Shown here: piece after piece, positions 1 through 11,026 of the stretch | Position numbering within the stretch: position 1 is the first letter of the stretch | Layout: every line of letters begins with the position of its first letter | NCBI GenBank assembly: GCA_052327205.1 | Contig: CM126213.1 | Span: forward strand, 116,994,001-117,058,000 | Origin: Somniosus microcephalus | Lineage: Eukaryota | Length of the DNA stretch: 64,000 nt | Direction of reading: 5' to 3' | Program-made: the position numbers and the translations under genes | Notes under the pieces: generated by a model | The model's input: the letters and a program-made list of their open reading frames with translations, nothing else | Told to the model about the DNA's origin: nothing | Database searches by the model: none

Positions 1-1744
1 GGCTCCCCTTACCTTTAACCTAACCTTTCAATTGTGATAGCGCAATAAAATTACAAACTTCGACATCCTTGATCATATTGTGTACAGCATATTGCAACGT
101 GATGTATTGTATAATGTCTTCATATACAATATTAAAAGTCACCCAAGCTTTCTCAAATAGATACAGGAGATATAAACGTGACTTCAGTCAGATCCACTCT
201 CTGCAAACCTGAAGTAGACAGTGTAGATGATGGGAGTTTGCGTGTGCACTGCTTTCAACGTTGTTCAATAATGTTTAGTGTGTTGTTACACACATACCTC
301 TGTCTCTATAAAGGCGTGACGTCTTTATCTATAGACAAATATAGATTAATGTCACTTGCGTTTATATATTTTATGACCAATACAGAATCCTATCAATCCC
401 AACCTGCACGTTTTCCTTTATTAGTCACTATACTCTGCTATGATACCCAATATTCCGATATATATTCCTCTATTAACGCATCCGCAGAGCAATCCATAAG
501 ATCGTCAGGATCCAACTTGTAAGGAAGAGATGTTCTCGGCTCATTTTGAAACCGACTCGGTAATGTGCAGGTTCAGGGAGAAGTGACTTGGAAGGAAAGC
601 ACAACACGTAACCTACTATAAAAGACTGCCTGACATTTCGGGCAACAATCAGAAACTATTAAATAGGCTCCATCGCACTGAAAAAAAGAATAGCCAATAA
701 GTCTACAACGTACAACGTGGGTAAATGTGAATCCTAATTTACTCTATAGACAGATGGCATAAAGATTTTTAAAGTGAAGCAGAAATTTGGATTTGACAAA
801 AACTTAATGTAAATCTTCCCAATTCTCCCGTTGCCAATTCTTGATCTACCGGCTTCTGACTGGAAGAAATGCGGTGTTAAATGTGACCACACAACAGTCA
901 CAAAACTTATTTAAAAAAGGACTAAAGGTCGATTTCACTTAAGAAAAGCGACATTCAAAGGTAATGTATAGACGCAACATTGAGCTGGCGTGCGGTCTAG
1001 TCAGTGTGCAGAGTTTTTCAGTGGGGTTTCATTCCACAGCCCAGGAAACTGTTCCAAAACATAATATTCAACACATATCTGTCTGTGCTTTGTATTAAAA
1101 TTGTAATCGGGACGTATTTTGAAGTACAAGTTATATTACAAAGTCAAACTAGCCGATTACTTTTAATTGTTCTCAAAGATTCGCGCTCGTTTTCAATTGG
1201 TTAATATTTTATGGAAGGTTATAAAGGATGTACACTTGAGGCTGAAAAATAAACCTTTAAAATCAAATAATATACAAAAATACTGACGGATTACGAAATC
1301 AAAACGGGCCGACTTAAAAAAACAAAATCTATTTTAGGTAATCGTGCACACGTACAGAGGGGGACAAACAGCTGCAGTCCGACCATTTATTTGCATTGAT
1401 TTACTTGGGCGATGAGATAAAAGCCAAGTATCCTCAGAGAAAGCGTTCACAGGTAATTTGTCATAACTTCCGTGAGAGGCAGTAACACAATCCGAATTGA
1501 TTCCTTTTCTCTTGTTCATATTGGTTATTTGAGGACTTTTCAGGCGTCGGAACAGTAACCTGCTTGGATCTGAAAAACCGAGCGAGGCTGAAACCAGACG
1601 TGAATCGAGTTTGTAAAGAGTTTTTTTTTTTGCTATCTTTTGAAAAGAGCCAAGAAGTTTTTTGTTGTTGGAGGCGTTTGCTGATTATCCCATGCCTGGC
1701 TCCCGTTTTCATTGATCATTCCATATGAGATAATGCAATTATAA

Positions 1745-1900
1745 ACATCAATAGGAGGTTGCTGCGGGAATCATTATCTGGTGACAGTGATAAATGATCT
1801 CCAGAAATAGCGGCGTTTTCTCTGACCCACTCTGGGCTCTAGGGGTTGGGATACACGGAGTCTCCATAGTAACATGTTTACAGCTAAAATGGTTGGTTAA
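1745..1900. promoter_or_regulatory. Candidate enhancer with adjacent MEIS and PBX-HOX sites and an RFX X-box
   Basis: TGACAG at 1782-1787 abuts TGATAAAT at 1788-1795. GTTACTATGGAGAC on the minus strand at 1860-1873. Confidence 0.45.
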
Positions 1901-4589
1901 AAATTCCAAAATGTAGAAAAATCTTTATACAGACTATTCAAATGTACTGCCTTTTTCCCCTCCGCTGGTTTTAACACATTCTTCAGTGTACAAGAGTTTG
2001 CAGTAAAGAGACGCTATTGCCTAGCCATTTATTTCCGTAGTAATTTATTTGGGACGGGCTCCAGTAATTACATCTAAAGAAATGTGATGACTTTTCTTGA
2101 TTTTTTATTTACTGTGATAAAAATATAGTTTTGCATTTGCAGTTGTCAATTATGTAAATGGAATTTTTGTTGGACTTTGATTTTTATAGATTTCCTCCCT
2201 TAAATTACTTTAGTGGAACTGCTTGTTTCATTTTAATCAATTTCCCCAAGAATACATTTAACATTGGAGTCGATACCAAATCGCTGCCAAACTTTCCAGC
2301 TTCACAGCAGATCTGAGCAGCGAATCTATAGGACGATATTATTTCCATCAGCACCAAAGACGGTTCTTTGACTTGTCTTATTAATGGAGCATTTCTTTCC
2401 TAAGTAATCAGAACTCCGCATTCGCAGAGTGCAATCTCCCATCTGCGCACAAAAAAATAAAACATTGATAAAAGGTTGCAAAACTCTATTTTATCAGGTT
2501 AGAATAATATCTATAAGAACCAGGTTTAGAATGCGCAAGGAGATACAATAGGAGGGTCTAAACTCACTAGATTTATTATTCATCATTCTTTGTGACTTTA
2601 AAGTCTAAAGCAGACGGGTCAAGAAACCCTTTCAGTTTTAAATGGCAATCCAGTTGCTCATTTTGCACCCCATGTCATTTCTTAGAACTAGCAATCCCTA
2701 CCAGCAGCGTTAATGCAACATTTATCATTCGATCTGCCTTAAAAAATGCACGGACAAAAAAAATACAATGTATTGTTTTAATGTATTAACAAATATTCAA
2801 CTAAATAACCCTAATCTTCAGATTAAGATCGACTGTTGTAAATAAAGAGCAATCAAATCATTTCAAAATGAATCCCAGTCCCCAGTTTAACGGCAAGAAA
2901 ATGCGAAGTGTTTTTTAATTCAATTTTCAAAAGTTTGTTTTTTTATACTAAAGTTAGAGGATAACGATCTTGAATGGCCACAGGCACCACACATTGAGGA
3001 TGGACTCACAGCGGGTCCTGCTGCACTGCATAGAGGGGCAACTCAAAACAAGTTGGAAAGTTCAGGCTCCCTAATCCAGAGTAAATGCACGGCTGCGTTT
3101 TGAAAGGGGAATGATGGGGGGGGGGAGCGGGTGCGCAAACTGACTTGAAAAATTCTGCCTTGGCTTATAACGAGAGTTTGGATTGTAAAAAAAAACAACT
3201 TCTTAAAGCAAAAGGCGCTTCATGAAACTCTCTGGGAAGGGACCAGCAAAGACGAGAAAGCGAATAATAAGTTTGAATTTTGGAATCAAAGTTTAACCAC
3301 CGGGTTTTAACCAAAAGTGTAGCGAGCGCCTTTAACCGCTTGCTGCAGCTGAGAAAACGCCGAAGATTGGGATAGTTCCTGAAATGCGGAGAAATAAGGG
3401 CATCTGCAAATGAAATGAAAGGAATATGACTGAAGTTCAGTAAAGGCGAGCCTCCAAAAACTTTATGATTAAACACATCAGGTGGTCAGTTTGGGGTCTG
3501 CAGCTTGCAATCTCCAATTCTCACAACACAAAATAGCACAATTCAAAATACTCAACACATTGAAACATGCCTAAAACCGTCACCCAATGCTCTCTGTACA
3601 TAACACATTTTAATGGTAGCAACCCAGGCTCTTTTTTTTAAATAAACTTTTATTAAGAAGCTCTGTAAACAAAAAGGAGAAACCTCCAGGGTTTTAAATA
3701 CAATATAACTCACTTCAAATGCTGGCCAATCTGATTTTCCACATTTCTATAAATACGTTTTTTTCCCCTCCCGCCACCACACTGACTTTACAAAAACTCT
3801 GGAACAATTCAGCCCGTTCGGTTTAACGATCAGAGAAACTGTTTGAAATTAGCTGATATTTTACCCGCTCACTTTGGTGGGAAAGTAGATCGGAGGAGGG
3901 GGTAGAGCTGGGGGAAGCTGTGAGACTGGCCTGTTTAAAATGAGCTTCCAATGACTTTAAAACCAGAAAAGGCAAATTCTGGGGATGGAGGGGGATGTAA
4001 ACATGGCGACACACAAATATAGAAAGGATTTGTAAAGTTGAACATGGTGGCTCGCATCACTTTTGAACTTTTTGTTTAAACCCCATACCTGCGACCAAGA
4101 TATTGATAAAGTTGTTCACTCCAACGGCCGGATTTCTTATTCTCCGGGTGAGTGTTGGTGTAGAAAACACTGTACAACATGTAGAAATGGGTTTTTTTTT
4201 GTAGAGAAGATACCCTGTTCTTAAACCCTCTTAAATACTCCAATACTGAGCTTCCTCTTCATTGAGCTTATGTTTTCCAGTTGCTGTTCTGTTCATGCTA
4301 CAGCAAGAAAAATAAAATCCTCCTGCTTTTTTGTATAAAACAGTGGCCACATCTGAGGAAGTGACAACCGCATCTTTGAAATATCACTCAGCGCCTGGGA
4401 TCAAATATAAGACTTCACACCAACTGCCTGTGTACAGCAGCAAACAATGGGTTAAATGTGAACCGTACAGGACTGAACTAACCAACGACAAAAACAAAAA
4501 CAGTCCTTTAGCTGCAGACACTTCTGGAGGGGTCTGTTAGAAAGTCCCAAGAAAGTTGAAGCCATTACAGGTGTGTTATCAAACAGAAA

Positions 4590-5684
4590 AAAAAATCTAA
4601 AAATGAAATATTTATTACGGCATTTTGTGACTGAACACCTTTTAAACATACGTCACAGTCCTCATACAAGTATTTATGTAATCTGACAAAGCTCGCAAGG
4701 GAAACAGCATTTTCCTCTAGTGACACGTGCTGATAAAAGTAAGGAATTCATTGACATACAATACCAATTCCACAGCAGATTTGATACTAGCAAAACATTC
4801 GTTATTTCTCATTGAGGTAAACACATAGATATCTAACATGTAACAATTAATATACTGAACTCTCTGTACCAAGTATGTTACAGTATTTTTGTTGTTGTTG
4901 CTTGTTCCAAGCAGTTTGAGTTCATTTAAAAAGGTCTCTGTTTTGGTGCAAGACCAGCAAAAGGATCTTTCATTAAGAAAATTCTGCCCAAGAGCATTCT
5001 GAGTTCGTGTGACAACGTTTTCTCAATGCTGTGGCCCACAGCCATAGGAGGAAGCTGCTAATTCATCTTCAGGTTTCCATCAACAAGCTCTTTGAAGAAG
5101 AGTCAGTCCAGAGCATGATCAGACATAGGTCCTTCACTCGGACCAAGTAGGCTTTGCCACTACAGGCCACATTCGTTCCAGTAAAATCAGGTATGTGAGT
5201 GCATTCTTAAAACCTTTCACCTATGGCCGCATCCAGAAAAGTCTCACGGATCTTCATCTTAGCTTCTTCCTCTATGGCAAGTTGGCTGGACTTGGGCAAT
5301 CTGGTCTGAAACGTGGCTCCATTTGCTGTACGAGGACAACCATTTTGGGAACAACACACATAGTGTGGAAAAAGGATAACTTTCTTTCTAAAAACTATTG
5401 GAAGCAACAGAAATAGAGTGATCAACAGAAATGTACAAGTTAACTTAGTTCCTATATTTATGCTACAGTAGTAATAAATCTTTCAGTCTTTTCCAGAGGA
5501 ACTTTACATTGGAGTTAAGTTCAGGTGAAGAAAGCCTTTGGCTTCACATTAGCCTGGGCTCGTCATTGGTCCTCTGCTGACGTTGAGAGAAAACAAAATC
5601 ACAGCTCATCTGGAATTCCATTAAGTGTCAACATCTGTTCAAAGTTTAAAGTCTTACATTTTTTTTCTCTTTTTTTCCCTTATA
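4590..5684 (-). other. MEIS2: MEIS2 3'UTR
   Basis: Follows the TAG and is free of recognisable repeats. Blocks such as AAATATAGGAACTAAGTTAA, TGTACATTTCTGTTGATCAC and CCACACTATGTGTGTTGTTCCC resemble the mammalian MEIS2 UTR as I recall it. The end point is approximate. Confidence 0.8.
4611..4616 (-). terminator. Main MEIS2 polyadenylation signal AATAAA
   Basis: Minus strand reads GTAATAAATATTTCATTTTTAG followed by a U/GU-rich tract. Confidence 0.75.
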
Positions 5685-5971
5685 CTATTGGGCGTGGATG
5701 TCCATAACCTGTCCCCCCACACTGGGGTCTACAGGATTTAACATTGTGGGGCTTTGTGCTGACATTGGCATTCCAGGGTGAGGCGGGGGTCCTCCATGCA
5801 TCATCATGGCCGGGTGATGTGGGTGACTCGGGAGATAGGAATGCATTGGGGGTCCGTGTCTTAACTGGGCAGGGTGTGGGGTCATCTGGGGAGGAGTGTA
5901 ACTTGGCTGTGCCATACTCATACCCATAGGACCACCCTGAGATACATAGTCCCCTGGCATGCCTTGTAAAC
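5685..5971 (-). CDS. MEIS2: MEIS2 terminal exon coding part, long C-terminus used when exon 12a is skipped
   Basis: ttttcag| then (G)LQGMPGDYVSQGGPMGMSMAQPSYTPPQMTPHP...GGQVMDIHAQ-TAG, the typical MEIS long C-terminus. Confidence 0.96.
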
Positions 5972-7749
5972 CTGAAAAGACAAAAATAAACAATTACAAT
6001 GTGTTAACATTTTCAAAAAATACATTCCATAAAAGCTTATTCTAATGTCTCATTAGTAGTTTTCTTATATGGACAGTGCACATACATCTCTGTGCATATA
6101 GAGTTACAGTAATATTGATGTATATGAGCTATTACATATTCGCAGATATTTTATAATAAATCACTGCACTCGTCACAATGATTAATTCAATAACCATGTG
6201 TTCAATCTTACTCATAGGTCACAGGAGATACATTGGTTCATGAAAGAAAAAAAGATCAAGTTTCAGGAAAAAAGAATACAGGGAACAATAGAAAAAAAAC
6301 TGAAGATTAAGCAGAACCAGAGAAGATATTAAAAGAAACATGGCAAGAGACCAAGAAGACATCTATATACAAGAAAGCTGGTGCAATGGGATCTCTCCCC
6401 TTCACACATGCAGTTTATCCAAATAAAAAAAGCACCCAAAAATTAATTGTCTTTTCAGATAAAATGGGGGAATTACTTCTCAATCCATTTTATGAATGTT
6501 TTTCAAGTAGAGTGGGACATTTGGATTGGGCTCTCTCTACTACATAACTGAAACTCAAAACATAGAAGGGAAGGAGGGGGGTCATACCTGTTGCTCTGAG
6601 AGCGTGGGATGTGGGCTTACAGTGGGAAAGATCTGTCAGTAAATGTTAATCAGATTATAGAGTCCATCCATCTAGCTAGAACTAATTTTAATATAAAATA
6701 ACTAGCAATATAGTTTCCAATGCAGAGCTAAAATCAGAGGAAATTAACTTTACCTCTATTCATCCACTAGCACTTACCAATAGAATTGTGGAAGGTATTT
6801 TTTGACACTATAAGCTGGTAATCTAAAGACCTGTAAGCTGTTGTCATTGTGTTAAGTAGATCTGCAGTACATTAGTAACCACAGTGGTAAAACCATACTG
6901 AGACAATAATACAGTCTGCACTGTGTAATAAGTCCAACTCAGCTCTGTTTATTCTAGCACAGCAGCATGCTCACTGGATGATGATAATTAAGTACCAAAT
7001 ATACCATATTGTGTGGCTGCATAATCAAATAAAGGGAGGATAATATTGTCTGTATTAAGCCATTAATGTAATTGGTTATGAAGCATAAAATATGTTATGT
7101 AATTAAATAGGCCAGAAATTATATGGCCTATATTAAGAATTATCCAAGCTGAGAAAATGTTGTCTCAATGACTGTTTTAGGGAACATTGATTTTAACATT
7201 TTTTTTGACTGCATTAGTGAAGGAAGGAAGGAAGGAAGGAAACTGACTCCATCACTGATGTACTATGGTAACCCCCTCAAAGATCTCACATGAAACTATA
7301 ACCATTATTTTACATAATCTGAAACAATCCAGTCAAGTTAAGTGACTGCAGGGAAGTCATTTTTTTGTGGGTAGCATATACAACTTTCAGTACAAAAGGA
7401 TTGAAGATGATTTAATAATGAAATAGTCTGCCATTCTTTTTCAAATGTAAGCATTAAGCTCAATGGTAGCGAAGAGTTTCAGTTATTAAATAAAACCTCA
7501 TGCTCTGATGCCTCAATGATGTGATGTATTGCTGTTTGCTGTATCTGAATTCCTCAAACATCACATACATTGGACACACTCCAACTGATGGATTATTTAG
7601 ACTGTAGCCAATCAGCTTCTCTGCCGATTCCATTCCTGCACTTGCAGTCATCTCATAATGTCTGCTACTGTTTTTTTTTACATTTTCCTTTCTCTTTTTC
7701 TAATCTCACAGAGGAGGTGATGCATATACTTTCAGGGGGGAAAAATTCC

Positions 7750-8165
7750 CAGTGAGGAATGTGTTGTATCACCAGTGCCATATATCCAGACTGCGGATTG
7801 CGAACTGCAACATTTCATCTTTGCATATAAGATAATTCATGCATCAATCGTTTCCTGACAGATTTATGTCACTCAAAGGACAGTCTCACTTCTCGTTTTT
7901 ATCGCTTCATGAAGCCTGGTTAATTTCTCTCAAGTCAATTGGTGCCCTGAAGATGTTTCTTTTCCCTTAAATGTCCCAATTGTTCATTCGCTGCTTGAGT
8001 TTGATTCTCTGGGCTTCATAATTAAACAGAATTACTCCAGACCTAATTTGCTCTGTATACTGTAAATTAGTTAGCTGACCTTTTGCAGCTTGCAAAATGG
8101 TGTCAAATGTCATGAGATAAATAATTACAACTGGCCCTTTATTGGAACAGCATGCAAATACGGGC
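7750..8165. promoter_or_regulatory. Candidate conserved non-coding element in the last intron
   Basis: Repeat-free and rich in TAAT/TGACA motifs. TGACAGATTTATGTCA at 7856-7871; two minus-strand TGCATG; octamer ATGCAAAT at 8152-8159. Confidence 0.5.
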
Positions 8166-8292
8166 AAGGAGAAAAAAATTGGAGTGGGGGGGGTGATGGG
8201 AATTAAAAAATTGCACTACATTAATAGACAGAATAAACAGCCCGATCGTACTTACTTCCCCCGTGCTTTGCGATTGGTTAACTAGATGAAGG

Positions 8293-8388
<96 letters not shown>

Positions 8389-8649
8389 TCAGCAAGGTCG
8401 ACTACTAGATAGTGAAAAAGATCCCTTATAATTTTTTTTGTATTTTAGGATCCGTGGGGTGGATAAATTCCTCACAAATCTCTTGTCTGAAAGATTTGTT
8501 TCCCCGTGGGTGCAAAGAAGACAGGCAAGGCAGGCAGCAGGCAGAGAGGAAAACCCTGTGATGGTGGGGCATGACAGGTGAAGTGGATGGAGAGATAGAG
8601 GAGGTGATGACGCTACATTTAGGGCGTGGAAGGACTGCATTTGGCTTAC

Positions 8650-8760
8650 CAGCAGGCCGAATTCCCATATGTTGCTGACCATCCAATACAAAACTTCCCA
8701 TTGGTTGGCCCTCTGGACTGTATGCTGCTCCTTGGCTTACTGAAGGATCAAGAAGAAAAC
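8650..8760 (-). CDS. MEIS2: MEIS2 exon 11 with two alternative acceptors (long form starts 8760, short form starts 8739)
   Basis: Long form: [37 protein letters not shown](G). A second cag| 21 nt downstream removes GFLLDPS. Donor G|gtaagc. The GFLLDPS insert is diagnostic of MEIS2. Confidence 0.96.
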
Positions 8761-9374
8761 CTGATTGTAGTCAAACGTGGACACAGAGGAGAAAGAAAAG
8801 ACATACCAAACAATCAGCAGTTACTCCTGAAACAGCAAACACAATACGTTGTCAAACACCAGAAACTTACATGGAAAGTACCATTAAAGAAATAACTTTA
8901 GCACTGAATGCATTCACCCCACCCCCTCCCCATTTCTGAAAAATCCTGGCAGATAGAAACAGATCAAAGGTGCAACGTTATATTGCAAAAGCACAGTGTA
9001 AAGAGTAGTGTTTCAAAGCATAGCTGCTCTCCCCAATGCCTAGAAGATTTGGAAACCTATTTTATGCAAGAGTTAGGTATTTCTTCTGCTTGCACAGTCC
9101 ATATCTCTTAATGCAAAGATTACATAGCTGGGCATTTTGCCCTGATGTTTCTCAATAAATAACCGTGACTAGTGCCTACACTTTCTTTAATTGCATACTA
9201 AGTATGAAGACATCCAGCCTAACTGTTAATGGGTTTATTCAATCAGTATTATCAAATTACACAAAACTAAGAAAAGTGTTATGCAATGCCTATAATTATT
9301 GTGCAACAATTTAAAATTAGGATGATAAAAAATAAATCATAGAGGCATTTCCTCAAATCTTATTAAGTGCTCTC

Positions 9375-9855
9375 CCGAGTATGGAACTGAGCTTTACAGA
9401 CCAGAGGGTCCCAGGTTCATAGATTCGTGGAATTGTACAGCAGAGGCAGGCCATTTGGCCCATTATGCTTGTGCCAGCTCTCTGCTTCTACCCCCCATAC
9501 CCATATCATTTTGTTCTTTTTCAAATATTTATCAACTTCCCTGAGTTAGGTGATCCTAGCCAACTAAGGGGCACTACAAATGGCTTCAGCATTCCTGAGC
9601 TAGGGAGAAGGGGAGAATAAAAATCAGCCAAGCCTCCCAGTCCTAGCTTCATTCCAATAATGTGTTCTTGAATGTGTGTGTGTTGATTTTGGGTAATGAA
9701 AGCATTAGGTTTGGCTGCAATGCCTCTCACGCTTGAACAACCTTCCAACACTCTCTGTATAGACTCATGCATGAAGAAAGCCACTTGGGCAGGTATGCAG
9801 AAGGCACCTGTGGATCCAAACCCCACCCAGAGTCAGTGCCTTCAGCACAGCGAGC
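9375..9855 (+). mobile_element. Degenerate tRNA-type SINE (same family as 23389 and 57700), interrupted by a short minus-strand CR1 3' fragment (~9419-9540)
   Basis: Shares gtcccaggttc, cactacaaatggcttcagc..gctagggag..aatcagcca and atgaagaa..gccacttgg with the other copies. Confidence 0.6.
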
Positions 9856-10878
9856 GAGAACATTTTTCTTACGTTATCTAGAATTTACTGAGCTTTATCG
9901 TACAGCAGTGAGATTAACTCTTACCCTGCCAATTAAAATCAGAACTCCCTCTGGCTATCAGAGCACATAAGATTAGTGTTTTGGCCTTCCTATTCTGTTT
10001 CACACTAGAGTACCGTTCCTGATCCCAGCAGAGACGCATGTTTGGAAAGCTGTATACAAGTCCCATAAATAAATAACAATTTATAAATTGAAGGAAAGCA
10101 GCGGGTGCAAATCAACATCAAATCAAAGCAGTGTGAGTGACAACCAAAACTTCGATAAAGCTTTTCACAAACCAATGCAGAAGGACACAACTCCATGGTC
10201 AATACAACATGTCCTTTGATTAAATATCGTGAATAAGCCAAATTAAAAAATAGATCAAATTGATTTTTTTTTAGCACTTTTACAATAGGGATTAACTTGA
10301 AATAAAATATATAATTTCACACCAGTTCTAATTTTCAATAAAATGTAGGTAAACAAGAAACTATGGACTATATTTTCCTCTATTGACCAACTTTGGCAAA
10401 AAAATAAGCAGACATGAGAGTATAGTAGAGAACACTGCTTCATACTCATGCTTACATTTCTTGTTAGAATTATTGAATGGAGCAAAATATATTCCTTGAT
10501 GTTTCATCCAACCAACTGGTAAACAGTGAGTGCATTTAGGTTAACTTTAGCAGTAATCTTTTCAAGCAATCCGCAGCTATCATTAATGGTGATTAAACAA
10601 CAGCATTGGTGAAATAAGTAAGCGCATTCACCAAGGAGTTGTGAGCAGTAAGGAAAGCATCAAGTGGCTGCGAAAGACGGCCAGTGAGTCAGCAGCAGTA
10701 CCCACTCAGCAAGCTACTTGTGGTGCAAGGATATTTGCCCAATTACCATTATTAACAGAAATAAAAGCAGCTTCAGGAAAGTGAGGGTGGGGAATTCCAG
10801 TTGGCACCAATTAGTGAGGTTGCTCCCTGCACTGGAATTCTGGGACAAAAGCTCTCCCAGAATGCCTGGCTGCCAGGT

Positions 10879-10967
10879 TTATTTACCAGGTGAAGGAACT
10901 CCTGAAGAATAACTTGATGTGGATTTGTGCCTGCGGGGCTTGAATACAGATACTACTTGGGACTTGC
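10879..10967 (-). CDS. MEIS2: Putative alternative MEIS2 C-terminus from read-through of the exon 10 GC donor (29 aa)
   Basis: In-frame GKSQVVSVFKPRRHKSTSSYSSGVPSPGK-TAA, with AATAAA (10878-10883) overlapping the stop. Resembles the MEIS1 read-through tail as recalled from memory. Confidence 0.6.
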
Positions 10968-11026
10968 CTGCTCGATTTGACTGGTCGATCATGGGTTGTA
11001 CTATTCTTCTCCTGGCATTAATAAAC
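10968..11026 (-). CDS. MEIS2: MEIS2 coding exon (exon 10), homeodomain recognition helix; ends in a GC donor
   Basis: Translates (W)FINARRRIVQPMIDQSNRA. Acceptor tttcag|, donor CAG|gcaagt (GC-AG intron); 59 nt. Confidence 0.96.

Noticed and set aside
5536-5541. miR-9 site in the 3'UTR
   Set aside because: Only a 6-mer (CCAAAG), too weak to support from sequence alone.
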